DNA of 50,132 nucleotides from a virus. Taxonomy: Duplodnaviria > Caudoviricetes. The translations under genes and the position numbers were made by a program. The number at the start of each line of letters is the position of its first letter. Position 1 is the first letter of the stretch. The notes below the pieces were generated by a model. The model was not told the origin of the DNA. It searched no databases and was given only the letters and a program-made list of their open reading frames with translations. The stretch lies in the IMG/VR virus record IMGVR_UViG_3300036770_001455, positions 1 through 50,132 of that record; one strand, written 5' to 3'. Shown in pieces: positions 18,234-25,630 of the stretch.

Positions 18234-18262
18234 AGGATATCAATCGCTGTACAGGTGTACAA
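18234..18262 (-). promoter_or_regulatory. Integrase promoter overlapped by palindromic operator
   Basis: Minus strand TTGTAC-17-TATCCT with extended TG; TGTAC-AGGT-GTACA at 18248-18261. Confidence 0.6.
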
Positions 18263-18268
18263 GAGGGG

Positions 18269-18288
18269 GAATCCCGCCCTCTCCGCTA
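18269..18288 (+). other. Putative attP core resembling the 3' end of a tRNA-Ser
   Basis: GAAT CCCGC CCTCTCC G reads as T-loop end, T-stem, acceptor strand complementary to GGAGAGG, and G discriminator; adjacent to integrase. Confidence 0.65.
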
Positions 18289-18293
18289 AACAT

Positions 18294-18328
18294 CTGCCCG
18301 GTTCCTCGACTGTAAGGGGGCCGGGCAG
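18294..18328 (+). terminator. Hairpin downstream of att core
   Basis: CTGCCCGGTTCCTC...GGGGGCCGGGCAG; no clear U-tract. Confidence 0.45.
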
Positions 18329-18429
18329 CGGCGGGCAAGCAATCGGCCAGAAGCGGTGAGGACTAGAAATCTGGTCAGCAAAGGAGGCGGCGATTTGATT
18401 CGGCTTGCTACGTCGGTAGAATCGCTGGA

Positions 18430-18696
18430 ATGATCGTGGCACTCAAAGAACCGAAACGAACGCTCTGCACATGCCGTGAGGCGGCGAAGATCCTCGACTG
18501 CACGATGGGCAGGGTGCGGCAGCTTTGCCGGAAGCCGAAGACGGGCGACCCGGTGCTCTGGTCTGCCAAATTCAATGATCGCGCCCTGGTGCTGGACCTC
18601 GACGAGGTGAAGCGGCTCGCCAAGGCCCGCCAGAAGGCCCGAGACGCTGGCATCCTGCCGGGAGCCAGGCCGGGCGGGTTTGAGCCGGATAGATGA
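18430..18696 (+). CDS. HTH DNA-binding protein (excisionase/MerR-like)
   Basis: TCREAAKILDCTMGRVRQLCR; divergent from int; TAGAAT 7 nt before ATG, so possibly leaderless. Confidence 0.75.
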   Translation: MIVALKEPKRTLCTCREAAKILDCTMGRVRQLCRKPKTGDPVLWSAKFNDRALVLDLDEVKRLAKARQKARDAGILPGARPGGFEPDR

Positions 18697-18739
18697 TTTC
18701 CCGGCAAAAACGCCCCAGAAAAAAATCTTCTCAAGCCCC

Positions 18740-18768
18740 TTGACCTAATCTACCGATGTCGGTATAAT
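18740..18768 (+). promoter_or_regulatory. Strong sigma70-type early promoter with internal operator
   Basis: TTGACC-17-TATAAT; TACCGA-TG-TCGGTA palindrome in the spacer. Confidence 0.85.
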
Positions 18769-18819
18769 ACTGGCAGACGCGGACGAGTGAGCCGCGAGAC
18801 ACTTGCGAGGAGACGAGCG

Positions 18820-18996
18820 ATGACGAAGGCAGAAGAGGTTGATCGGACAGACCTTTCGACCGCGAGCGATACAGAGCTGCGGTCGCTGAAGAACCTTGCC
18901 GACTTCGAGCGGCGGGGAGTCGTGATTGGAGACCGCGTCTTTGAGATGTTGCTGCCAAAGGTCGAGCAGGAGATTGCCCGGCGGCTGGCATGCTAA
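18820..18996 (+). CDS. Small early hypothetical protein
   Basis: GAGGAG RBS; first gene after the promoter. Confidence 0.65.
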   Translation: MTKAEEVDRTDLSTASDTELRSLKNLADFERRGVVIGDRVFEMLLPKVEQEIARRLAC

Positions 18997-19005
18997 CCGC
19001 CAAAC

Positions 19006-19031
19006 GCCCGGCGGCACTGGTGCCGCCGGGC
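19006..19031 (+). other. GC-rich intergenic hairpin
   Basis: GCCCGGCGGCA/TGCCGCCGGGC. Confidence 0.6.
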
Positions 19032-19061
19032 TGACGGACACAATCCCAAAGGGCTTAGGAA

Positions 19062-19358
19062 ATGAGCAACACGATCCGCATTCCGGCAAGATTCATCGAT
19101 GACCACCACGACCGTGGCCTTCCAACTCCAAGTGACTCCAGCGACAGCCATCGATACGCCTTGATCCGATGTGATGACCCAGCCTTGGCCGAGTTGCTCA
19201 ATGACGCAGAGCACTACGCCATCATGACTGAGCGGCGAGGTCGATATGACTGCATGCCTCGCGGGATCGTGGCATCTGCCGCAGCGACGGTGCGAGCGAT
19301 TCGCAACGTCATTGGATGGGATGACGCCTCCCCGGCAATCAGGGAACTACGCAAATAG
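19062..19358 (+). CDS. Early hypothetical protein
   Basis: AGGA RBS; 98 aa. Confidence 0.65.
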   Translation: MSNTIRIPARFIDDHHDRGLPTPSDSSDSHRYALIRCDDPALAELLNDAEHYAIMTERRGRYDCMPRGIVASAAATVRAIRNVIGWDDASPAIRELRK

Positions 19359-19434
19359 ACCGCACACGGTGGGGCCACCCGGCCAGCCGACCAGGTGCAA
19401 AACGGGTGGCAACCGCACAACGAAAGGACTCACG

Positions 19435-19671
19435 ATGATCCGCGACATCCTCCGAGCCGCTCTGTTCGTCGCCTGCATGACCATCGGTGCCGCGTTGCTG
19501 ATCGAGACACGCTACCAGATGGCGGCGATCGACGTGGCTCACCGGCAGGCCCTCGCCCCGCAGATGGTGGCCCAGCAAATGCCGCAGCCGATCGAGCAGC
19601 CAGGACGGCTTCGCCAGTTTGGGCGATCCGCTCTGAACCTTGCGGATGCCACCTTGGGTATTTTCCGTTGA
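19435..19671 (+). CDS. Small membrane protein
   Basis: GAAAGGA RBS; N-terminal hydrophobic helix. Confidence 0.7.
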   Translation: MIRDILRAALFVACMTIGAALLIETRYQMAAIDVAHRQALAPQMVAQQMPQPIEQPGRLRQFGRSALNLADATLGIFR

Positions 19672-19696
19672 CACGATCTACCGACATGGCTACCGT
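19668..19696 (+). promoter_or_regulatory. Sigma70-type promoter with operator half-site
   Basis: TTGACA-17-TACCGT; ATCTACCGA shared with the 18740 promoter. Confidence 0.65.
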
Positions 19697-19785
19697 ACTG
19701 CCGACGAGAGCAACGAAACACCCCGCACCGTTGGTCACTCTAGTGAACACGATTTCTAGTCCCCCCATTTTGTTGATGGACCCCC

Positions 19786-19813
19786 TTGCAAACAGACTGA
19801 ACGGTTTTACACT
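19786..19813 (+). promoter_or_regulatory. Sigma70-type promoter overlapped by degenerate TG(A/T)AC-N4-(G/T)TACA box
   Basis: TTGCAA-16-TACACT; TGAACGGTTTTACA at 19798-19811. Confidence 0.5.
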
Positions 19814-19844
19814 TCGGACCCCACCTGAACGAAAGGACACGCAG

Positions 19845-20138
19845 ATGACTCAGACGAATCTCTTCCAACCCGGTGACGCCGAGGCTTCCGCCGCGATCGC
19901 GGCACTGACTGACACGAACCCCGGTCGCGGAGTGCTGATCGACGGCAAGCTCTGCAACGTGTGGGCCGTGAACGACATCGTGCTTTTCCGCACGCCTGAC
20001 GGCGAGACGAGGAAGGGCATCGTGGTTGAGGTGCTGGTCGACGCGGGGAACGACTCGGAATACCACATCGCGGCGCACGTCCCCGGCAAGGGCAGGCAGC
20101 ACTACGCGGTTGCGAACAAAGACGTACAGATTTTTTGA
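19845..20138 (+). CDS. Hypothetical protein (possible small beta-barrel)
   Basis: GAAAGGA RBS; beta-rich C-terminus. Confidence 0.65.
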   Translation: MTQTNLFQPGDAEASAAIAALTDTNPGRGVLIDGKLCNVWAVNDIVLFRTPDGETRKGIVVEVLVDAGNDSEYHIAAHVPGKGRQHYAVANKDVQIF

Positions 20139-20242
20139 GCAAACAGGAGCGGCGGTGGAACCGCTGCGAGCCAAGGAAGGGTTGCCCGGCGAGGCAGGAC
20201 GCGGAGCCGGGTTTTCATCAACAGCAACGAAAGGGACTCGAC

Positions 20243-21040
20243 ATGAGCACAGAGATCAGCACCCAGCGGGGAGGTTTGGCCCTGCAAAGTTTCGATGACT
20301 GCTTTCGGTTCTCGAAGATCGTCGCGAATACGGAGTTCGCGCCGAAGGATTTTCGCGGCAAACCTGAGGCGTGCATGTTGGCGATCCAACACGGCAGCGA
20401 GATCGGGCTTTCGCCGATGCAGGCTCTCCAGAGCATCGCGGTCGTGAACGGCAGGCCAAGCGTCTACGGCGACACGGCCCTGGCGGTTGTGATGGGCAGC
20501 CCGGTCTGCGAGTTCGTCCGCGAGCGGATCGAGGGCGACGGCGATCAGATGGTGGCGATCTGCGAAGCGAAGCGGAAAGGCTATGAGCGGGCGAACGTCG
20601 TGACGTTCAGCGTTGCGGATGCGAAGAAGGCTGGGCTGTGGGGCAAGAGCGGCCCTTGGCAATCCTATTCCCGCCGCATGCTTCAGATGCGGGCACGCGG
20701 CTTCTGCTTGCGTGACACGTTCCCTGACGTGCTGCGTGGTCTTGTGACGGTCGAGGAAGCCCAGGACTACGCCATGCCGCCCGACGCGCCGCCGGTCACG
20801 GTGACGCAGCCTGAGCCGACGCCTGAGCCGCAGCCGGTGAAGGTGGCGACCGACGCCGACATGCAGAAGGCGAAGCGGGCCATCAACGGGACGAAAGACC
20901 TCGGCAAGTTGGGCGACTTTCTTGCCACGGTCAACGAGCGATACGAGAGCGGCTACTACAGCGACGATCAGGCGAACGAGCTTCGCAACTTGATCGACGT
21001 GGCGATGGCGGTTCTGAATGAAAGCGAGGTGGCGGCATGA
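20243..21040 (+). CDS. RecT/Red-beta-like ssDNA annealing protein
   Basis: G.EIGLSPMQAL.SI.VVNGRP...W..Y..RML..RA..F.LRD.FPDVL.GL...EEAQD. Confidence 0.82.
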   Translation: MSTEISTQRGGLALQSFDDCFRFSKIVANTEFAPKDFRGKPEACMLAIQHGSEIGLSPMQALQSIAVVNGRPSVYGDTALAVVMGSPVCEFVRERIEGDGDQMVAICEAKRKGYERANVVTFSVADAKKAGLWGKSGPWQSYSRRMLQMRARGFCLRDTFPDVLRGLVTVEEAQDYAMPPDAPPVTVTQPEPTPEPQPVKVATDADMQKAKRAINGTKDLGKLGDFLATVNERYESGYYSDDQANELRNLIDVAMAVLNESEVAA

Positions 21041-21318
21041 CCCGCTATAGCAGCAAGAGCGCAAGGCGGCTGCCCCCGCCTGCACCGCAGACAGCAGACG
21101 ATACCTTCCGCTGCACCGATGACATCGTCGCCGAGCTGCGGCGGCTGCATCGTCCGCAGATGGCGGCGTGGGTGGCACGGCAGGGTCACGAAAACGCTGC
21201 AAGCTGGCGCAAGGTCCGCGATTTGATGAAAGAGATCCACGAACTGCGCGAGCGGCTCGGGCTCCACAAGCGAGAGAAGGTCCACGACCCACGACCACCA
21301 GCGGAGGCAAGCGACTAG
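21037..21318 (+). CDS. Phage hypothetical protein
   Basis: ATGA overlap with annealase. Confidence 0.65.
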   Translation: MTRYSSKSARRLPPPAPQTADDTFRCTDDIVAELRRLHRPQMAAWVARQGHENAASWRKVRDLMKEIHELRERLGLHKREKVHDPRPPAEASD

Positions 21319-21481
21319 CGATTTCGCCCGGCACGCGATTGCCGCAGTGGCCCGCATAGCCACATTCACCGCCCTGGCCGCGTGGCGTTGTAACGAGCCG
21401 TTGCGATACGCGGGACATCTCCCCTGCCGAGGCGCAACCGTCCGCCGCACGTTACGCGGCCAATACACGGAAGGAAAGACG

Positions 21482-22309
21482 ATGGCACGAAAGAAGCCCC
21501 ACACATTCGCCACGCTCGCGAAACACTACCTAGCGGCACGTTCAGTCTCGCCTGTCTACGCAGACAACGTGCGGCGTGTCGCGGGCCGCATCGGTGACGT
21601 GACCAAGGAGCGGCTGAACAAGTACCTACTCACACGGATCGAGCAGGTGAGCGGCATCACGGTGCGATCGGAGCGGACGATCTGTCTGTCGATCTGGCGA
21701 TTCGCGTATGACGCCGGGATCATCGACGTTGCCCCTCGCGGCATCCTGCGGATGAAGGCTCACCGCAAGCCTACGAAGGCGTGGACGATCGCCCAACTGA
21801 AGACGCTGCTCGATGCCGCCGCAGAGCGAAACGGCAAGACGCTGCGATCTGGTGCCGACCTCGGGCTGTTCCTCCGGTGCTGGATTCTCGTCTGCTACGA
21901 GACCGGAAGCCGGTTCGGCGATTGCATGGCGTTCACCCGCGACCACCTGCAAGACGATGCCCTCGCGTGGACGCAGAGCAAGACCGGCGATCCGCTCACG
22001 CGACCGCTGACGCCAGCCTGCCTAGACGCGATCGACAAGATGCTGGCGGCGTCACCGGACGGGAGGATTCTCGGCTGGGTGTGTGGTCGGCGAATGGCGA
22101 TGCGTCACATGCGAAAGCTGATTGACTCAGTGGGCATCGGCGGCAGCAGCAAGTTCCTACGCCGCAGTGGAGCTACGCATGTCGAGATGGAACAGGCAGG
22201 AGCCGGGCGGCTGCACCTGGGCCACCGCTCGCCGCAGTTGTTTGAGCAGGCTTACTGCGATTGGTCGCAGCTGCGAACGAAGACACCGAAGACGCCGGCA
22301 TTGGTTTGA
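21482..22309 (+). CDS. Second tyrosine recombinase
   Basis: YETGSRFGD, QSKTG, KFLRRS (HxxR variant), LGHRS, C-terminal Y. Confidence 0.85.
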   Translation: MARKKPHTFATLAKHYLAARSVSPVYADNVRRVAGRIGDVTKERLNKYLLTRIEQVSGITVRSERTICLSIWRFAYDAGIIDVAPRGILRMKAHRKPTKAWTIAQLKTLLDAAAERNGKTLRSGADLGLFLRCWILVCYETGSRFGDCMAFTRDHLQDDALAWTQSKTGDPLTRPLTPACLDAIDKMLAASPDGRILGWVCGRRMAMRHMRKLIDSVGIGGSSKFLRRSGATHVEMEQAGAGRLHLGHRSPQLFEQAYCDWSQLRTKTPKTPALV

Positions 22310-22328
22310 TCTACACGGAGGCTCAAGG

Positions 22329-22811
22329 ATGAGCAGCAGCACTACCGTAACGCTGACGTGGCACGAGGCTGCAATGGCAAGCCACGTCGGATGGATGCGT
22401 CAACTCGCAGCCATCAAGGCTGGAAAGCACGACTGTCATGGCTATGACGGCGAAGGGTGGAGCGAGCATATCGAGGGCGCATGCGGAGAGATGGCGGTAG
22501 CAAAGCTCCTCGGCTTGTTTTGGGATGGCAGCGTGAACACATGGAAGGCGAACGATCTTCCCGGCCTACAGATCCGTACTCGCAGCCGACACGACTACGA
22601 CCTGATCGTCAGGCCGGGCGACTCCGAAGATGCGACGTGGGTTCTCGTCACTGGCCGATGCCCTGAGTACCGCGTGCATGGCTGGATCGTTGGACGTGAC
22701 GCGAGGCGAGCCGAGTGGCTGCGAACTTATGGCGGCAGGCCAGCGGCGTTTTTCGTGCCCGCGTCTGAACTCAGGCCCGTTGGCGATTTGCAGCAGGCAG
22801 GAGCTTTTTGA
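22329..22811 (+). CDS. Phage hypothetical protein (possible PD-(D/E)XK-like fold)
   Basis: G..GEMAVAK.L...DL..LQIRT...GWI. Confidence 0.65.
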   Translation: MSSSTTVTLTWHEAAMASHVGWMRQLAAIKAGKHDCHGYDGEGWSEHIEGACGEMAVAKLLGLFWDGSVNTWKANDLPGLQIRTRSRHDYDLIVRPGDSEDATWVLVTGRCPEYRVHGWIVGRDARRAEWLRTYGGRPAAFFVPASELRPVGDLQQAGAF

Positions 22812-22886
22812 ACGAACACGCCGCGACAGCCTCGCTCGGGGCGGCGGCACGGTTGGTGAAAGGAAGAGAAAGAAAAGGGTTCAAGC

Positions 22887-23288
22887 ATGGCAGTTATCAG
22901 CTTGGTCAGGAAATCACATGGACGGTCCCCAAGCGGTGGGTCCGACCTGCGCGTGTATGCCACTTCGGAGAAGAACAAAACTGGAGAGCCGATCCGCTAC
23001 AGCGTCGGCCTGCGAGTGAGCGAGTCTTGCATGAAGAGGCTGCGATGGATTATCGGCGATCACGTCGCTGCCGATTTCGACAATGAGGCGATGACGTGGA
23101 CTCTTCGCCGTGTATCAGACCAGCAAGGCAACTGCCTGAGCGGACAAGGCAAGAACGGCGGATCTGGCACCGTCCGGTTTGCTGTAGACGAATCTGAGTT
23201 GCAAACGCTCGGACTAAGTCTCGGCCAAGGATACGACGGCTCTCTGAAGTCAGAAGATCAGGGGGCCGCCGTATTCGCGATTGAATAA
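22887..23288 (+). CDS. Hypothetical protein
   Basis: Purine-rich upstream region; 133 aa. Confidence 0.6.
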   Translation: MAVISLVRKSHGRSPSGGSDLRVYATSEKNKTGEPIRYSVGLRVSESCMKRLRWIIGDHVAADFDNEAMTWTLRRVSDQQGNCLSGQGKNGGSGTVRFAVDESELQTLGLSLGQGYDGSLKSEDQGAAVFAIE

Positions 23289-23368
23289 CCGCAGCCGCCC
23301 CCGTGATAGGCACGACGCCGCTTCGACGCGGCGGGGCGGAATGGAAAGGAAAAGGTTTGGAGGTTGGC

Positions 23369-23764
23369 ATGAGTCGAGAACGTGGCTTTGCTTTTGAGCG
23401 AGAGTTTGTCGACATGGCTCGTGCCAATGGATACGCGGCGCGTCGCATTTATGGTCACAAGCCGCACGATGCTGTTGTTGGAACTAAGAGGGTTCAGTGC
23501 AAAGACAAACTGTTTCACGAGCATGGTCGTGTGCGAATAGCTAGAGGGCAACACAAGTACAAGCAGGGCTCGTGGGACGTTCTTGCTCTGAGGTTTCAGG
23601 GAGTTCTTTACCTGATTCCAGAGCGACTGCTGCGATCGGGCGGCGGAACCATGCTGACCGTTATTAAGCCAGGGTCATTTCGGCGATGGATTGACGCATG
23701 GCACGTTTTTGACGGCGAACCCGCATTGGTCGATCAACCAACTCTTTTTGAATACGAGACATAG
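23369..23764 (+). CDS. PD-(D/E)XK-like nuclease
   Basis: G..FE..F...GY...D.VV...VQCK; GGAGG RBS. Confidence 0.65.
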   Translation: MSRERGFAFEREFVDMARANGYAARRIYGHKPHDAVVGTKRVQCKDKLFHEHGRVRIARGQHKYKQGSWDVLALRFQGVLYLIPERLLRSGGGTMLTVIKPGSFRRWIDAWHVFDGEPALVDQPTLFEYET

Positions 23765-23821
23765 AGCCGCGACAGACCGCTCGTGGCGGCTGGGCTGAAT
23801 GGAAACAAGGAGGTTTTGACT

Positions 23822-24181
23822 ATGAGTAGTGAACAGGTTGCCCCGTGGCTTGCGGAGATTGGCAGGCGAGCCCAGGTCAGGCAGACGGGCAGGCCAGTGC
23901 CGCCGATTACGCAAGGGCTCAAGGTCGCCAAAGAACTTGACGAACGGTCGGCGGCGAAGCTGGAAGATGATTTCCGCGATGCCATTCGTTCGTCGGAACC
24001 AGAAGACGAGTACGACCTGAACAGCAGGGTTCTGGATGCCGTCACTTGCAACCGGCTTTCCAGCAAGCAAGGCGTGCGACTCCTTCGGATGCTGTTTGGA
24101 AGAAACGACGGCACACCTGGCTTCCAGCGGGTTGACGCCCACGGTGACATGCACGACGTGAATCGCTGGGGAGCCGCCTGA
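23822..24181 (+). CDS. Hypothetical protein
   Basis: GGAGG RBS; TGATG coupling to next gene. Confidence 0.6.
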   Translation: MSSEQVAPWLAEIGRRAQVRQTGRPVPPITQGLKVAKELDERSAAKLEDDFRDAIRSSEPEDEYDLNSRVLDAVTCNRLSSKQGVRLLRMLFGRNDGTPGFQRVDAHGDMHDVNRWGAA

Positions 24182-25137
24182 TGCCACGAAAGAAGCTCTG
24201 CCGCCTCGATGATGAACGGGTTGACATGTTCCTCCCGTTGTTCTGCCGCGACTTCCTTATGAGCACGATCGGGTGGACGGCTGCCCAGCGGGGGCACTAC
24301 CTGACGCTCCTTATGGTGCAGTGGGACGGGGGCGGATTGCCTCCCGATCTGGAACATTTGGAGCGCATTTCGGGAGGCGTTTCGGAACACTGGGAACTAC
24401 TGGAAAACAAGTTTCCAGTAGGCACCGATGGTCAACGAAGGAACATGCGGCTAGAGGAACACCGAAAGGCTGCCGTCGAAATCCGCCAAAAACGCCGAGA
24501 AAACGGCAAAAAAGGAGGGAAACCTAATGGGGTACCAAATGGGGTACCAAATGGGTACCCATCCGGTACCCAAATGGGTGCCCATCCGGGGGTGCATCCA
24601 GAACCAGAACCAGAACCAGAACCACAGTCTCTCTCTAAAGAGAGAGACACGGGGAGTCCCGTCTTTCGGTCTTCGGATGGCGATCCATCGGCTAGGCAGG
24701 CAGGACACGCTGTGACCGCTTGGGAGTCTCTGCTGTCCGCCTGGAACGCTGCGGCTGGCAGGTGCAAGCACATTGCCCGGTTCGACTCGCTTCACCCTCC
24801 ACGGGCCTTCCACGATCGCTACGACGAACTGGCGTGGCAGGAGGATTGGCGGCGTGGCGTTGAACGGCTTGAGCGTTGCCGATGGTTCACAACCCCGGTC
24901 TCGCTGACGTTCTTTCTCAAGGAAGACACGCTCGCTTCAATCCTAGCCGGGCAGTACGACCCCAAAAAGCCGACGCGACCCGGCGATCAGGCGAGTGCTG
25001 GGCCAGTTGTCTCGACACGCATGTGGCGAGATGACGCCTGCCAAAACATGACAGACGAGCAATATGCCGCATGGAGGCGAACGCAAAAGGGCAGTCCAGT
25101 TGCGTCTACTGCGAACATCACGGAGGAGGATCTATGA
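24181..25137 (+). CDS. Replication initiator (DUF1376/YdaU-like N-terminus)
   Basis: PLF..DFL..T......RGHY..LL...W..G.LP.D...L.RI; internal iteron block. Confidence 0.8.
   Translation: MPRKKLCRLDDERVDMFLPLFCRDFLMSTIGWTAAQRGHYLTLLMVQWDGGGLPPDLEHLERISGGVSEHWELLENKFPVGTDGQRRNMRLEEHRKAAVEIRQKRRENGKKGGKPNGVPNGVPNGYPSGTQMGAHPGVHPEPEPEPEPQSLSKERDTGSPVFRSSDGDPSARQAGHAVTAWESLLSAWNAAAGRCKHIARFDSLHPPRAFHDRYDELAWQEDWRRGVERLERCRWFTTPVSLTFFLKEDTLASILAGQYDPKKPTRPGDQASAGPVVSTRMWRDDACQNMTDEQYAAWRRTQKGSPVASTANITEEDL
24526..24623. repeat. Iteron-like repeats (putative origin) plus CCAGAA x4
   Basis: AATGGGGTACCA x2, AATGGGTACCCA, GGTACCCA, AATGGGTGCCCA; A-rich tract upstream. Confidence 0.7.
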
Positions 25138-25388
25138 CCGAGATCGAGACCATCGAAAAGCCCAGCCCTAGCGAGCCCACCGACCGGCAGCGAGCCGTGT
25201 ACGAATGGGTTGTCGACTACTGCGAGGCCCACGGGTACAGCCCCAGCATCCGCGAACTCATGGCGGCGTTCGGCTTCAAGAGCCCTAACGGTGCGATGGC
25301 TCATCTGCACCCGCTGCGGAAGAAGGGCTGGCTGACCTGGAACGATCGGCACTCGCGCACCATCCGCCCGATCGGAGGCGTGAAATGA
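25134..25388 (+). CDS. LexA-like DNA-binding domain protein (no peptidase domain)
   Basis: TDRQRAVYEW...HGYSPSIREL...FGFKSPN...HL..L.KKGWL...SRTI. Confidence 0.88.
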   Translation: MTEIETIEKPSPSEPTDRQRAVYEWVVDYCEAHGYSPSIRELMAAFGFKSPNGAMAHLHPLRKKGWLTWNDRHSRTIRPIGGVK

Positions 25389-25630
25389 GCGACAAGCCCT
25401 ACGATCTCCCCCCTGCCCTGACGGTCGCCGACATGTGTGCCATGCAGGCATGGGAAAACGACGTTGACGATGAATCCCGGCTACGCCTGGAGATGGCAGC
25501 CGACACGATCCGTGCGTTGCATCGCCGGCTGATCGAGAACGCTCGGACGCTTGAGAATACCGAGGCTGACGCCACGGTGATGGCGCGATACATCCGCTCG
25601 CTCGCCGGGCAGAAAGGCGGGGCGGCATGA
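25385..25630 (+). CDS. Hypothetical protein
   Basis: ATGA overlaps at both ends. Confidence 0.65.
   Translation: MSDKPYDLPPALTVADMCAMQAWENDVDDESRLRLEMAADTIRALHRRLIENARTLENTEADATVMARYIRSLAGQKGGAA

Noticed and set aside
18262-18290. Complete tRNA gene
   Set aside because: Only a 3' fragment; no D-arm or anticodon arm
18209-18442. Longer integrase N-terminus from the ORF track
   Set aside because: Runs through att core and promoters; a good RBS supports ATG 18208
24526-24623. Mini CRISPR array
   Set aside because: Repeats are about 12 bp, contiguous, lack spacers and lie within a gene; no cas genes seen
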